Of a stretch of DNA of 64,000 nucleotides, positions 13,149-26,820 are shown piece after piece. The stretch is from Haliotis rubra (Eukaryota). Location of the stretch: positions 186,001 through 250,000 of the forward strand of contig NW_025767644.1 in assembly GCF_003918875.1 (NCBI RefSeq), in the 5' to 3' direction. The translations under genes were made by a program, and so were the position numbers. The notes beneath the pieces are model-generated. The model was not told the origin of the DNA. It made no database searches and saw only the letters and a list, made by a program, of their open reading frames with translations. The stretch's first letter is position 1. Each line of letters starts with the position of its first letter.

Positions 13149-13688
13149 ACAGGTACGGTAGAACACTGCATTAGGGTGGAAGTGCACTACCTACCATACT
13201 GTAAGCATCAGTCGGTCTCTGTAAAAGTGAATTATATTTACTATTTCAGTATGAAATACCTTTAATAATGCTTGCAATTTAGACGTAAAGTCCAAACATA
13301 ATATATTAATGACAGCTGCAAACTGACTGTCTATTAGTGATATTCATATTAGAACCTGGATGCAATTGTGCAATAAGCTACTTATCCTTTATGTTCAAGT
13401 GGTGAGTGAGTGAGTTACCATTTCAGTGAAATCCTCGAACTCGTGCTGACAAACCCAGAAACAATCATTGAGCAGAACGAAAACTTAATAGGTTTCAGAT
13501 TTGTCCAACTGAGCCAATCGAATTGCAGGCAACCTTTGACGACATGGCACCCGTTTCATATGTTGTGGAGTTAAAGAGACAGTTTTCAACTATTGGTGAT
13601 TCTTTACTGATAATACTCTAAATATGAATAATATGTTTATTATAAAAACGTAATATATTTGCGTACGTACATTTAGCTTCAAATGATA

Positions 13689-15215
13689 TACTCTCCAAAA
13701 AAAGAAACGCATCATGAAAGTAGCAATTTAATGTAGCAATGAATTAAAACGTGATTCATTTTACAAAAGGTTTTGCTCTGTTTATGAGTCCTATGGTGTT
13801 TATGTTTTGAAACATCACAACAAAACGCACCATCCGTAAAATACCCGTATTTAACAGCATGATTTTCAATTTCGGCGTGTAGTGTCACATGCTACACAAT
13901 TCACATGCAATGCACGTGAAAGTTGGGGATCAGATAGTCTCAATGATGGGTATAAAAGGTTGATCGCTGTCTGTCGATTATTCACTGTTTTTGGAATATT
14001 GTTGACGAACGCAAAATGCCACGTCTAAGTGAAGTCAACCGTCATATCGCCATTGGTTTGCTTGAAGCTGGCCAGTCTCAACGTGCAGTTGCCCGACGCA
14101 TGAATGTTCACCAAAGCACCATTTCACGGCTCTGGGAGAGATATCGCCGGCAGAATGCGGTAGCAGATGCCCCTCGTAGTGGGCGACCTCGAGCGACCAC
14201 TGAGGCGCAGGATCGCTACATCCGGGTACATCAATTGCGTCATCGAACAGCTACGGCGACTAATACCGCTCGACAAACACCCGGATTGAGGAGGCTTCCT
14301 GCACAGACCGTCAGGAACAGGTTGAGAGAGGCTGGTTTCCGTGCCAGAAGAATTTATTCTGGCCCTGTGCTTCGACAACAACATCGTCGACATCGAGTTC
14401 AATGGTGCACCAACGTTCAGGCCTGGAACCTACCGAATTGGCGTAGAATCTGGTTCAGTGATGAATCACGATTTCTATTGGAACGACGCGATGGAAGACT
14501 GCGGGTGTACAGACGTCGACGTGAACGTTTCGCCGACGCTTGCGTTCCCGAGGTGGACAGATTCGGCCGGGACAGTGTTATGATGTGGGGAGCGATCACC
14601 CGCCGTAGGAGAAGTGATTTGGTGATGATTCAGGGCAACCTGACAGCTCAACGGTACTGTGACGAAATCCTACGCCCACACCTCCTTCCAATCATTGATC
14701 GCCAGAGGGAGTTGTTTCAACAGGACAATGCCAGGCCCCATACAGCTTGTCACACTAGAGACTTCCTCCAGAACCACAACATCAATGTGCTCCCCTGGCC
14801 CTCAAGATCACCGGACTTAAACCCGATCGAACATCTGTGGGTGCCCTAGACAGACGGGTGCGACGCCGTAACCCTCAGCCCCAGACACTTCAGCAACTCG
14901 CACAGGCACTACAGGCAGAGTGGGCTGCGATTTGGCAACACGACATTCTGAGACTTATTCGTTCGATGCCGAGGCGATGCCGTGCAGTTCTGGATGCCCA
15001 CGGTGGTCTAACGAGGTATTGACTTCAGCGCCACCACACGTCTCCATGTGACACTCAAACTGACTTTTCTCGAGTTGGTGCCAAAGACGGATAAGTCTGC
15101 ATTCCCAGTGTGCAATTTCGCTATATTTCATTGACTCTTAAAGCCTACAAGATGTTTCAAAATAAAGATATAAATACAGTTGAAATTCCTATATGCGTTT
15201 CTTTTTGGGAGAGTA
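13689..15215 (+). mobile_element. Tc1-family (IS630-Tc1-mariner, DD34E) DNA transposon, full length
   Basis: ~24-bp TIRs TACTCTCC(A/C)AAAAAGAAACGCAT flanked by TA; internal TATAAAA (13951), transposase ORF, AATAAA (15161). Confidence 0.97.
14016..15022 (+). pseudogene. Tc1 transposase (~335 aa) with a single 1-nt frameshift at ~14840
   Basis: Paired-like HTH with GRPR motif; WFSDESRF, FQQDNARPH, SPDLNPIEHLW with exactly 34 aa between D and E; C-terminus (LDRRVR...SMPRRCRAVLDAHGGLTRY) continues in ORF 14837-15022. Confidence 0.95.
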
Positions 15216-15686
15216 TATAATTAGAACTGACGTTTATGTGGAGGTTACTTTATCTTAACTACTGATCAGAAGAACGTCCCGATCGAACACGGCTGAAAAT
15301 GGAAAGACAACGCTTGAATGTACACATTACATATTAAATGTATTTTGAATTACATACAAAACAATCCAAAACGCAATGTCTTGGAAGCTTGGCGGCAAGA
15401 AATATTTCGTCATAACTGTCACTGTCGTAATAATAGCAGGTGATGAATGTTCCTGAAAACATCAATTAAAATGTCAAGTGAAGTTTGTACTAAGAGAAGG
15501 GCCTTTCCACATAGCTACAGCATCAACATGACTTTTCAAGTCGTCTGACTGTTAAAGAGATCATATTCTATATGTTTCATAATTTATTCTGATAATCTAT
15601 TTAGTATTGTCAGAATAGGTAAATGAAATGAAAAAAAAAGTTGTTTTGGTTGGTCAAGAACTTGTCGAACGTATTATCATTATTAT

Positions 15687-17394
15687 GTTTTACAGATTAA
15701 AGATAGTATGCAGCAGAGGGGGTTCGGGTGATCCTTGCAGTCAGGCTGGTAAGGCTCATCATCAGCTCAGGGCCCTTGCCCCCTCTACAGCCCAGACAGC
15801 GATTGGGACTTCTCCCAGGAAACACTGCCTCGTCGAGCCCACCAAGAACTTTCCGGAGAATATGAAGGCTCTCCAACACTGCAGCCTTCTGCATTACCCA
15901 GAGTGTCAGAAGGGCTGTGCTCCCGGTGGAGTACCCGGGCACTCTCCTGATCTGCGTCAAGAGTTCAGGGGGTACCAAACCAAGGGCATCGAGAACAATG
16001 GGGAGCCTGGCGACAGTGTACTTGGGATGCATGCGAGACATTTCAAAGGCGAGGTCCGCATATTTATCATGCTTTTCCTGAATCTTGTCAATTACATTGC
16101 TGTCAAAGGGATAGAAAATTCAATGATATAAATAAATTCATTGGCTTTATCAAAAGGACAAGATCAGGTTTGTTGGCAGGAATTCTTCTGAGGCTGTATA
16201 TGGGCCTGTTCCACAGAAGTTTGAAAAAATCATTTTTCAGGACGCCCTGGACATGTTCAGGGTCGTACCATGGATGGACCTCGGAGTCAAAGCCACAGGC
16301 ATGGCGAAGACGGTAGTAAAGCAACGAGCCATGCCATCATTTCTCTTAAGGTATGCTGTTTGTGCCAATGAAGGGCATCCGCTGACAAGGTGTTGGACAG
16401 TCTCTGTAATTTCATTACACAGTCGACATTTCATATCGATATTTTCCTTAAGAATCACATTTTGGCGATTACGAGTGGGAAGTGACTGGTCCTGAGCAGC
16501 AAAAAGGAAGCCCTCAGTTTCACATTTGAGACCAGCCGACTTCATCCAGGCGAAGGAGTTGGTGGGATTGCTATACTGTTCCACACACTGCATGAGATTT
16601 GTACTCGGCCCGAAGTTTGTCTTGAATTTGGGCGTTCTGGAGCTTGTCTCGAACTTGCATTCCAAGATAGGTGTAGGCCTGATCTTCCACAAGATGCTCA
16701 ATAACTCCTCCCCCTTGTAACCTGACTGATCCATCATTAACTACCTTGCCACGTTTCAAATGAAGAGTATTACATTTGCCGAGCCCAAATGTCATGCCAA
16801 TATCATTAGAAAAGGACTCGACAAGGAGAACCTGTTCTTTCAAATTGGTATCTCCTTTGGCAAGGAGCTCGATGTCATCCATGTAAAGGAGATGAGTAAG
16901 TGGTGTTGGGGATCTGTGCTGGGAGGTCCGGGATGAGCAGAAAGCCCAAAGGATTTAGAGACAAACAAAAAAGCAAAGGACTGAAGGAGTCCCCCTGGAA
17001 AATTTCCCTTCTGATTGGAATAGATTCTGAAGTCTGCACCTGCCCTTGCTAGTACATCTCAAGTTGAGTCGACCAGCAACTCCTTAAAGACTTGAGTAAA
17101 TCAAGTAGTTGCTCCGGGAGGTCAATACAACGCAGATACTTCATAATCCATTCATAAGGGACAGAGTCATATGCTTTTTTGTAATCAATCCAGCACATGG
17201 AGAGGTTGCGGTGATATGTTTCAGCCTCTTCCAAAATCATTTTCGGTACAAGAAGTTGATCCTTGCACCCCCAACATCCCTTTCTTGCTCCCTTCTGCTC
17301 TCTGTAAATTATATCATTGGAAGATTAGTAACATGACACAAGGTTTGTCCAACACCCTGTGAAGATTTTGTATTGTGTATTCAAACATGTGATA
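15687..17394 (-). mobile_element. 5'-truncated, internally deleted RLE-type non-LTR retrotransposon (R4/Dong-like), copy 1
   Basis: RT motifs ITCLNTQYKIFT, WIDYKKAYDSVP, QGDSFSPL, LLYMDDIEL, YTYLG; ETEGFLFAAQDQ; zinc knuckle CRLC..ETVQHLVSGC; RLE KPDLV..IIEFSIP..K..KY; flanked by TAA repeats. Confidence 0.9.
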
Positions 17395-18718
17395 TATTAT
17401 TATTATTATTATTATTAACATCGTCGTGAAGAATAGATGAATTCATAGAGCAACAACCTTACTTTCTGACTGGGTTTGAAACCACCCAATATGTGGGGCA
17501 ACAGCATCGTGTTTCATTATGCTATAGAACTATACAATCACAGTGCAAGAAAGACTTGCTGATGAATTGTATCACATCTGTAAAGGGCACCCAAAATACG
17601 TCACTGTTGTCCAGGAAAGGTTCTTCAGACCAAATAACATATGACCGTGTCTTCAAGAAACACGTTACCGCAAATGTCAACGAAACAATCGAGAATTCCA
17701 TAACGTTGTATAGCTGCTACCTGAAGATCCAACCAGGATCCCAACGACGAATCCTTTACGTAACCCCGAGCATTAAACCCAACTATGCGTGTGTTATGGA
17801 CGCTTTTGACGATCACGACACTGCACATTTATGAGGTCGTTAAAATGACTTTCTACACGCGTGACATTTATAACTGAAAACCGGCAGACAGTGTCCTCAA
17901 TGAACTGATAACAATTCCCAAACATCCTTCAGGAACAGTAGAACTCAAACTACGCACCACAATTCTATGAGCATAGATACCTGCCATTTCCGCCTGATGC
18001 TGGGTTTGAATAATAGAATCGCCTCAGTATTATCATCCAAGGTTTGTCAGTAGCTTATCTAAGATCAATTGTTTGTGATGAGCGTCTACAATCTTCGGGC
18101 TTTCTTCAGACATTTGGCTTGGAGGCTGTGATATAACTGATGAAATCAATCACTCCAAAAACTCCTTACCAAAACATCCTTTGAAGATCGGTATACCAGT
18201 TATATTATTACATTTTGTGTGTATTGTGTCTCGCAGAGAATCTATTTGACGATAATATAATTTCATCAACGAGATAATCATATCTGTGGAAGATGTCGTG
18301 GTTTTACGTCATGATCAGGACAATTTCCATCTTGGCCTATTAGTAATGGATCCTTGTTCAAGGCGATTCGTGATGCACTGAAACACTGAACACATCAATC
18401 ACATGCAATTAGTTGTGCTCGTGTCTGCCTACTGGGGTCGGTTCCTCTGATCTAGTTTATGGTCATTACACGGCAAGGTATTGAGATCAAACGATGCTTT
18501 TGTGTAACATCCGCACATGACTTCTCCCTATTATATATTTCCTGAACTGATTTCTACTAAGGTTAAACACGGGATTATCTTTGATATCCAGGGATAATCT
18601 ACGTCATGTCAGCCAATAGTTTTGTTCAAACCGCCCCTCCCATCATACACCTTCCTTTATTGTATCGTTAAAAATTGTTGTTGTTTTGTGTGTAAAATAC
18701 GGCTCAATAAGGTAGGCG

Positions 18719-19020
18719 AGAGTGAGTTAACGTTTATAATCACAGCGACAGTATTTCAGCCATATCGTGACTAAATATTATAAATTCATGATAAATGCAC
18801 AATTTTTAAATGGCTGTCGTCAAAGGACAGTAAAACCAGCTAGAATATCACGGTATCAAGAATTAAAACTAGCATCTATCTCCAAACTTGGATTTCAAAT
18901 TAGGATACAATATTTAAACTGGCTGAGTATCGCCAGCAACTGAAGGTACATCACCATACTAGGGACCATGGGGATTTCTAATACTTTTGCTACCTGCATG
19001 GACCCTAGCAGGATTTACAC
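18719..19020 (-). mobile_element. Retroposon family C copy (duplicated at ~25440-25745)
   Basis: gagtgagtt...atttcagccatatcgtgac tail; homology to 12640-12898. Confidence 0.7.
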
Positions 19021-19716
19021 CCTCCCTCACGATCTTCCACGTCGTCGAGATATGATGACAAACTATCAGTTCACGACACACATCACAGAAGCTTAGCAAA
19101 CGATCGTCAGTCTCAGACTCAGACTCGTTTATTTAATACTGCAGGCCATATGACCTAAGGTACAATGACACCAGAACATATTATTTTGTCACGTGGATGT
19201 AATATGATAAACAAAAATTATAATTAAGAGCGGCGTGCATTAAATACATTAAACTATAATGATAGAAATTTGATTGATTGAGAGTCTTCTATGAATTATA
19301 GGAGGCTTATTCTTACCCGAAAGTGCTACAGGAGAAAATATAAGTTTTGCAAAGGTAATGTGCCCGCAAGGACATAATGAACTGTTTCACACAATGCCCA
19401 AATCGTTCCATGTTCTGCCATGTCCGCGGTGAGACAAGCAGTGACCAAAGCAAGCCATCCATTAATGAGACCCCCTGCTGCTATCTAATCGATACTGTGC
19501 AGTCTGATAATACATTGTTTGTGTTTGCTGGAGACGAGCTTATCATCCTACTCTGTTCGTGATGACGTTCTCGTTGAACAGCAAGCGTTTATGAGAATGA
19601 GAGTGTTCAATAATCATGATACAATCACGCTAAGTAGGACTATGTGATGCCAGTTACAGAGACACTGTGTCCAAATACATAACAGAAGATGATGTACAGC
19701 TCACCACTGTGAGAAC

Positions 19717-20098
19717 CAGTGTGCGTAATAACCACTGGCCCGCTGGCCCGTGGCTAGTAAAAATCAAGTTGGGCCACTAAATTTCCACAGTCAATTACCA
19801 GACTGGCTAGTGAATGTTCATAGCGTAATTTTGTAATTATATCACTTTCTCCGGCATGTTGAGTTATAATACACTTTTAAATCATGCAAGATTATGGCCT
19901 GACAAAGATGTTCTTCATATTAACAGCTCAATGATGAAACCCGTGTCATGCCAACAATATCTTATTCTTGTAATCTTTTGCTTCATCATCAGTTTCTACA
20001 TTCAAATTTCGGGCTAGTGAATTATTTTGTAGGCTTGTAACTTTCCGGCATAGCTAGACCGACTGGCTAGCAAACTTTGGAAACTATTTCGCACATTG
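19717..20098. mobile_element. Non-autonomous hAT-type MITE, copy 1
   Basis: TIRs CAGTGTGCGTAATA / revcomp CAATGTGCGAAATA; 8-bp TSD GTGAGAAC / GTGAAAAC; repeated GGCTAG subterminal motifs. Confidence 0.85.
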
Positions 20099-20134
20099 GT
20101 GAAAACAGTTTCAGATGAGAGTATGTCGTATTTA

Positions 20135-20370
20135 GTTTGTTTGCTGTTTTAATGCCACACTCGGCAGTTATCCAGCTATATGACTTCGGCCTGTAAACAA
20201 ATGATCAAACACGGATCAGACAGTCCAGTGACTGACATCATGAGCATCGATCTACGGAAATGATCGATGACATGCAGCAACCAAATCAGCGAGCTTAACC
20301 ACCGATCCCGTTAGTCGCCTATTGCGACAAGCATTTTGCTGAAAACCCGAAACCCCATACTTCACTAGTC
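20135..20370 (-). mobile_element. SINE family B copy (duplicated at ~26856-27092)
   Basis: catcatgagcatcgatctac...ccgatcccgttagtcgcc. Confidence 0.85.
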
Positions 20371-20987
20371 TTGTATTTGGTAACACTCTGATAATCACTC
20401 TAACAAATGGCCAGTGGTGTAGTAACTTTTATTCTCGTTAATTAATTTCAAAGAATGCAATGAAATAAAACATTCGCCATACAAAATTGAATATAGTAAT
20501 AGGATTGGGAATTGAATTTCATTTTGTAATGTTCCATGAATACATTCCCGTTTTTCTGGATCGTTTTACGGCAGCGCATGAATATTTTGTTTTAGGTTGT
20601 TGACAGAGATTCATTCAGAACATATGAATCTAACGATATTATTCCATGGCTTTGTTTTGAAAGTGAAAAAGTTATAAAATTCCAGACATCACGTGACCTG
20701 CGATCAATTACGAATTCAAAGTTGTGTGTATCCAATGATTTCCACAAGCCCCCCTCAAATCAGTATCTCGTTCCAGACCTTTCTTCTTGTTTGTTAAACG
20801 CCAGCAACGTTCCACGTAAATCACAGGGGTTGTTAGATAGTTAAGTCTGAAAGAATAAAGAAACAAGGCAAGAAAGGAATTAATTTAGACTTGGGCAGAT
20901 AGGCACCTCGTATTTGTCAAACCAGTGGTTGATGTGAATACCTAACCAGTCGCATGAATATTAATGTTGTTTCCGTGAAGGCATGCT

Positions 20988-21210
20988 CTCGTGAAGATGC
21001 GGGTTAGAATAGGTCTTCAGGAACCCGTGCTCGTCGTAAGAGGCGACTAACGGGATCGGGTGGTTAGGCTCGCTGACTTGGTTGCCATTGTTTCCCAATT
21101 CATCGTCATGCTGTTGATCGCTGGACTGTCTGGTCCAGACTCGATTTTTACAGACCACTGTCATATAGCTGGAATATTGCTGGCTACGGCGTTAAGCAAT
21201 AAACAAACAC
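20988..21210 (+). mobile_element. SINE family B full-length copy (duplicated at ~27711-27935)
   Basis: ctcgtgaagatgcgggttagaataggtcttcag...gtcgtaagaggcgactaacgggatcggg...tagctggaatattgc. Confidence 0.92.
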
Positions 21211-22400
21211 AAATGTTAAAATGGATAAAGAGTGGGATGGCACTGAAAATATGCGTGAATGGACGAGTCTCATGAATACACGTGTGGGTCGTTTGTTTGT
21301 TTCTAACACAGCCTGTCCACACGATCCCGTCAGTTGACTCTTACAAGCATGGGTTGCTGGAAATCTACTCAAGCCTTATTTTGACGGTTGGCCAATTTGG
21401 CCACCTCTTGCAACCAGCAATGGGGTCCTGAGGAGACATTTTCCCCCAGTTACCCACGAGGATACATGTCGTAATTACATGGAAACAAACAATTTTGCCT
21501 AAAGGTTTCTAAACAGTATTGGATTACAGTTTATTGTTACTCTGTGATTTCCGCTGGATCAAAATCCAGTGATTTTCAGAAATCAATGAGATCTTCTTCA
21601 TTTGATGCCTGTAACAAATCTCCTAGTGTTTCAAAAACAGCCATGTGGGATTAATGGTACCTAGATATAGCCTTCCTGCCTTATCCTTTGATGATAATGC
21701 ACTCGTTTCCTGGTATATCTCGGCTGGTCTGTGAGTCTGTGAATGAGGCTCGTTACTAGCATACAAACAGCTGCGGTGAAGTTGCTCAATGTGAACAGAA
21801 CACTAGGAAACAGGCATTGTCCAGCAACTGAATTGATGTAATGTTGTGTCATGCTTGAAGTAATGTTGGTTTTGTCTCTCTGAATCTTTAACTTTAAATT
21901 CCTATATGCGTTTCTTTTTTGGGAGAGTATATAATTAGAACTGACGTTTATGTGGAGGTTACTTTATCTTAACTACTGATCAGAAGAACGTCCCGATCGA
22001 ACACGGCTGAAAATGGAAAGACAACGCTTGAATGTACACATTACATATTAAATGTATTTTGAATTACATACAAAACAATCCAAAACGCAATGTCTTGGAA
22101 GCTTGGCGGCAAGAAATATTTCGTCATAACTGTCACTGTCGTAATAATAGCAGGTGATGAATGTTCCTGAAAACATCAATTAAAATGTCAAGTGAAGTTT
22201 GTACTAAGAGAAGGGCCTTTCCACATAGCTACAGCATCAACATGACTTTTCAAGTCGTCTGACTGTTAAAGAGATCATATTCTATATGTTTCATAATTTA
22301 TTCTGATAATCTATTTAGTATTGTCAGAATAGGTAAATGAAATGAAAAAAAAAGTTGTTTTGGTTGGTCAAGAACTTGTCGAACGTATTATCATTATTAT

Positions 22401-24111
22401 GTTTTACAGATTAAAGATAGTATGCAGCAGAGGGGGTTCGGGTGATCCTTGCAGTCAGGCTGGTAAGGCTCATCATCAGCTCAGGGCCCTTGCCCCCTCT
22501 ACAGCCCAGACAGCGATTGGGACTTCTCCCAGGAAACACTGCCTCGTCGAGCCCACCAAGAACTTTCCGGAGAATATGAAGGCTCTCCAACACTGCAGCC
22601 TTCTGCATTACCCAGAGTGTCAGAAGGGCTGTGCTCCCGGTGGAGTACCCGGGCACTCTCCTGATCTGCGTCAAGAGTTCAGGGGGTACCAAACCAAGGG
22701 CATCGAGAACAATGGGGAGCCTGGCGACAGTGTACTTGGGATGCATGCGAGACATTTCAAAGGCGAGGTCCGCATATTTATCATGCTTTTCCTGAATCTT
22801 GTCAATTACATTGCTGTCAAAAGGGATAGAAAATTCAATGATATAAATAAATTCATTGGCTTTATCAAAAAGGACAAGATCAGGTTTGTTGGCAGGAATT
22901 CTTCTGAGGCTGTATATGGGCCTGTTCCACAGAAGTTTGAAAAAATCATTTTCCAGGACGCCCTGGACATGTTCAGGGTCGTACCATGGATGGACCTCGG
23001 AGTCAAAGCCACAGGCATGGCGAAGACGGTAGTAAAAGCAACGAGCCATGCCATCATTTCTCTTAAGGTATGCTGTTTGTGCCAATGAAGGGCATCCGCT
23101 GACAAGGTGTTGGACAGTCTCTGTAATTTCATTACACAGTCGACATTTCATATCGATATTTTCCTTAAGAATCACATTTTGGCGATTACGAGTGGGAAGT
23201 GACTGGTCCTGAGCAGCAAAAAGGAAGCCCTCAGTTTCACATTTGAGACCAGCCGACTTCATCCAGGCGAAGGAGTTGGTGGGATTGCTATACTGTTCCA
23301 CACACTGCATGAGATTTGTACTCGGCCCGAAGTTTGTCTTGAATTTGGGCGTTCTGGAGCTTGTCTCGAACTTGCATTCCAAGATAGGTGTAGGCCTGAT
23401 CTTCCACAAGATGCTCAATAACTCCTCCCCCTTGTAACCTGACTGATCCATCATTAACTACCTTGCCACGTTTCAAATGAAGAGTATTACATTTGCCGAG
23501 CCCAAATGTCATGCCAATATCATTAGAAAAGGACTCGACAAGGAGAACCTGTTCTTTCAAATTGGTATCTCCTTTGGCAAGGAGCTCGATGTCATCCATG
23601 TAAAGGAGATGAGTAAGTGGTGTTGGGGATCTGTGCTGGGAGGTCCGGGATGAGCAGAAAGCCCAAAGGATTTAGAGACAAACAAAAAAGCAAAGGACTG
23701 AAGGAGTCCCCCTGGAAAATTTCCCTTCTGATTGGAATAGATTCTGAAGTCTGCACCTGCCCTTGCTAGTACATCTCAAGTTGAGTCGACCAGCAACTCC
23801 TTAAAGACTTGAGTAAATCAAGTAGTTGCTCCGGGAGGTCAATACAACGCAGATACTTCATAATCCATTCATAAGGGACAGAGTCATATGCTTTTTTGTA
23901 ATCAATCCAGCACATGGAGAGGTTGCGGTGATATGTTTCAGCCTCTTCCAAAATCATTTTCGGTACAAGAAGTTGATCCTTGCACCCCCAACATCCCTTT
24001 CTTGCTCCCTTCTGCTCTCTGTAAATTATATCATTGGAAGATTAGTAACATGACACAAGGTTTGTCCAACACCCTGTGAAGATTTTGTATTGTGTATTCA
24101 AACATGTGATA
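22401..24111 (-). mobile_element. R4/Dong-like LINE fragment, copy 2 (zinc knuckle + RLE region open, ORF 22411-23454)
   Basis: Same motifs as copy 1; the 347-aa ORF is uninterrupted here. Confidence 0.9.
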
Positions 24112-26437
24112 TATTATTATTATTATTATTATTAACATCGTCGTGAAGAATAGATGAATTCATAGAGCAACAACCTTACTTTCTGACTGGGTTTGAAACC
24201 ACCCAATATGTGGGGCAACAGCATCGTGTTTCATTATGCTATAGAACTATACAATCACAGTGCAAGAAAGACTTGCTGATGAATTGTATCACATCTGTAA
24301 AGGGCACCCAAAATACGTCACTGTTGTCCAGGAAAGGTTCTTCAGACCAAATAACATATGACCGTGTCTTCAAGAAACACGTTACCGCAAATGTCAACGA
24401 AACAATCGAGAATTCCATAACGTTGTATAGCTGCTACCTGAAGATCCAACCAGGATCCCAACGACGAATCCTTTACGTAACCCCGAGCATTAAACCCAAC
24501 TATGCGTGTGTTATGGACGCTTTTGACGATCACGACACTGCACATTTATGAGGTCGTTAAAATGACTTTCTACACGCGTGACATTTATAACTGAAAACCG
24601 GCAGACAGTGTCCTCAATGAACTGATAACAATTCCCAAACATCCTTCAGGAACAGTAGAACTCAAACTACGCACCACAATTCTATGAGCATAGATACCTG
24701 CCATTTCCGCCTGATGCTGGGTTTGAATAATAGAATCGCCTCAGTATTATCATCCAAGGTTTGTCAGTAGCTTATCTAAGATCAATTGTTTGTGATGAGC
24801 GTCTACAATCTTCGGGCTTTCTTCAGACATTTGGCTTGGAGGCTGTGATATAACTGATGAAATCAATCACTCCAAAAACTCCTTACCAAAACATCCTTTG
24901 AAGATCGGTATACCAGTTATATTATTACATTTTTGTGTGTATTGTGTCTCGCAGAGGAATCTATTTGACGATAATATAATTTCATCAACGAGATAATCAT
25001 ATCTGTGGAAGATGTCGTGGTTTTACGTCATGATCAGGACAATTTCCATCTTGGCCTATTAGTAATGGATCCTTGTTCAAGGCGATTCGTGATGCACTGA
25101 AACACTGAACACATCAATCACATGCAATTAGTTGTGCTCGTGTCTGCCTACTGGGGTCGGTTCCTCTGATCTAGTTTATGGTCATTACACGGCAAGGTAT
25201 TGAGATCAAACGATGCTTTTGTGTAACATCCGCACATGACTTCTCCCTATTATATATTTCCTGAACTGATTTCTACTAAGGTTAAACACGGGATTATCTT
25301 TGATATCCAGGGGATAATCTACGTCATGTCAGCCAATAGTTTTGTTCAAACCGCCCCTCCCATCATACACCTTCCTTTATTGTATCGTTAAAAAATTGTT
25401 GTTGTTTTTGTGTGTAAAATACGGCTCAATAAGGTAGGCGAGAGTGAGTTAACGTTTATAATCACAGCGACAGTATTTCAGCCATATCGTGACTAAATAT
25501 TATAAATTCATGATAAATGCACAATTTTTAAATGGCTGTCGTCAAAGGACAGTAAAACCAGCTAGAATATCACGGTATCAAGAATTAAAACTAGCATCTA
25601 TCTCCAAACTTGGATTTCAAATTAGGATACAATATTTAAACTGGCTGAGTATCGCCAGCAACTGAAGGTACATCACCATACTAGGGACCATGGGGATTTC
25701 TAATACTTTTGCTACCTGCATGGACCCTAGCAGGATTTACACCCTCCCTCACGATCTTCCACGTCGTCGAGATATGATGACAAACTATCAGTTCACGACA
25801 CACATCACAGAAGCTTAGCAAACGATCGTCAGTCTCAGACTCAGACTCGTTTATTTAATACTGCAGGCCATATGACCTAAGGTACAATGACACCAGAACA
25901 TATTATTTTGTCACGTGGATGTAATATGATAAACAAAATTATAATTAAGAGCGGCGTGCATTAAATACATTAAACTATAATGATAGAAATTTGATTGATT
26001 GAGAGTCTTCTATGAATTATAGGAGGCTTATTCTTACCCGAAAGTGCTACAGGAGAAAATATAAGTTTTGCAAAGGTAATGTGCCCGCAAGGACATAATG
26101 AACTGTTTCACACAATGCCCAAATCGTTCCATGTTCTGCCATGTCCGCGGTGAGACAAGCAGTGACCAAAGCAAGCCATCCATTAATGAGACCCCCTGCT
26201 GCTATCTAATCGATACTGTGCAGTCTGATAATACATTGTTTGTGTTTGCTGGAGACGAGCTTATCATCCTACTCTGTTCGTGATGACGTTCTCGTTGAAC
26301 AGCAAGCGTTTATGAGAATGAGAGTGTTCAATAATCATGATACAATCACGCTAAGTAGGACTATGTGATGCCAGTTACAGAGACACTGTGTCCAAATACA
26401 TAACAGAAGATGATGTACAGCTCACCACTGTGAGAAC

Positions 26438-26820
26438 CAGTGTGCGTAATAACCACTGGCCCGCTGGCCCGTGGCTAGTAAAAATCAAGTTGGGCCACTA
26501 AATTTCCACAGTCAATTACCAGACTGGCTAGTGAATGTTCATAGCGTAATTTTGTAATTATATCACTTTCTCCGGCTTGTTGAGTTATAATACACTTTTA
26601 AATCATGCAAGATTATGGCCTGACAAAGATGTTCTTCATATTAACAGCTCAATGATGAAACCCGTGTCATGCCAACAATATCTTATTCTTGTAATCTTTT
26701 TGCTTCATCATCAGTTTCTACATTCAAATTTCGGGCTAGTGAATTATTTTGTAGGCTTGTAACTTTCCGGCATAGCTAGACCGACTGGCTAGCAAACTTT
26801 GGAAACTATTTCGCACATTG
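26438..26820. mobile_element. Non-autonomous hAT-type MITE, copy 2 (part of the segmental duplication)
   Basis: Same TIRs and TSD as 19717-20098. Confidence 0.85.

Larger units (their letters stand above)
15183..21895. repeat. Tandem segmental duplication, copy 1 (6713 bp)
   Basis: Colinear near-identity with 21896-28620; differences are mostly 1-bp homopolymer indels. Confidence 0.97.

Noticed and set aside
17493-17834. 113-aa ORF upstream of the LINE fragment (duplicated at 24210)
   Set aside because: Opposite strand to the LINE, beyond the TAA target, no recognisable motifs
22342-23088. 248-aa plus-strand ORF (and 167-aa at 15628)
   Set aside because: Antisense shadow of the R4-like LINE ORF
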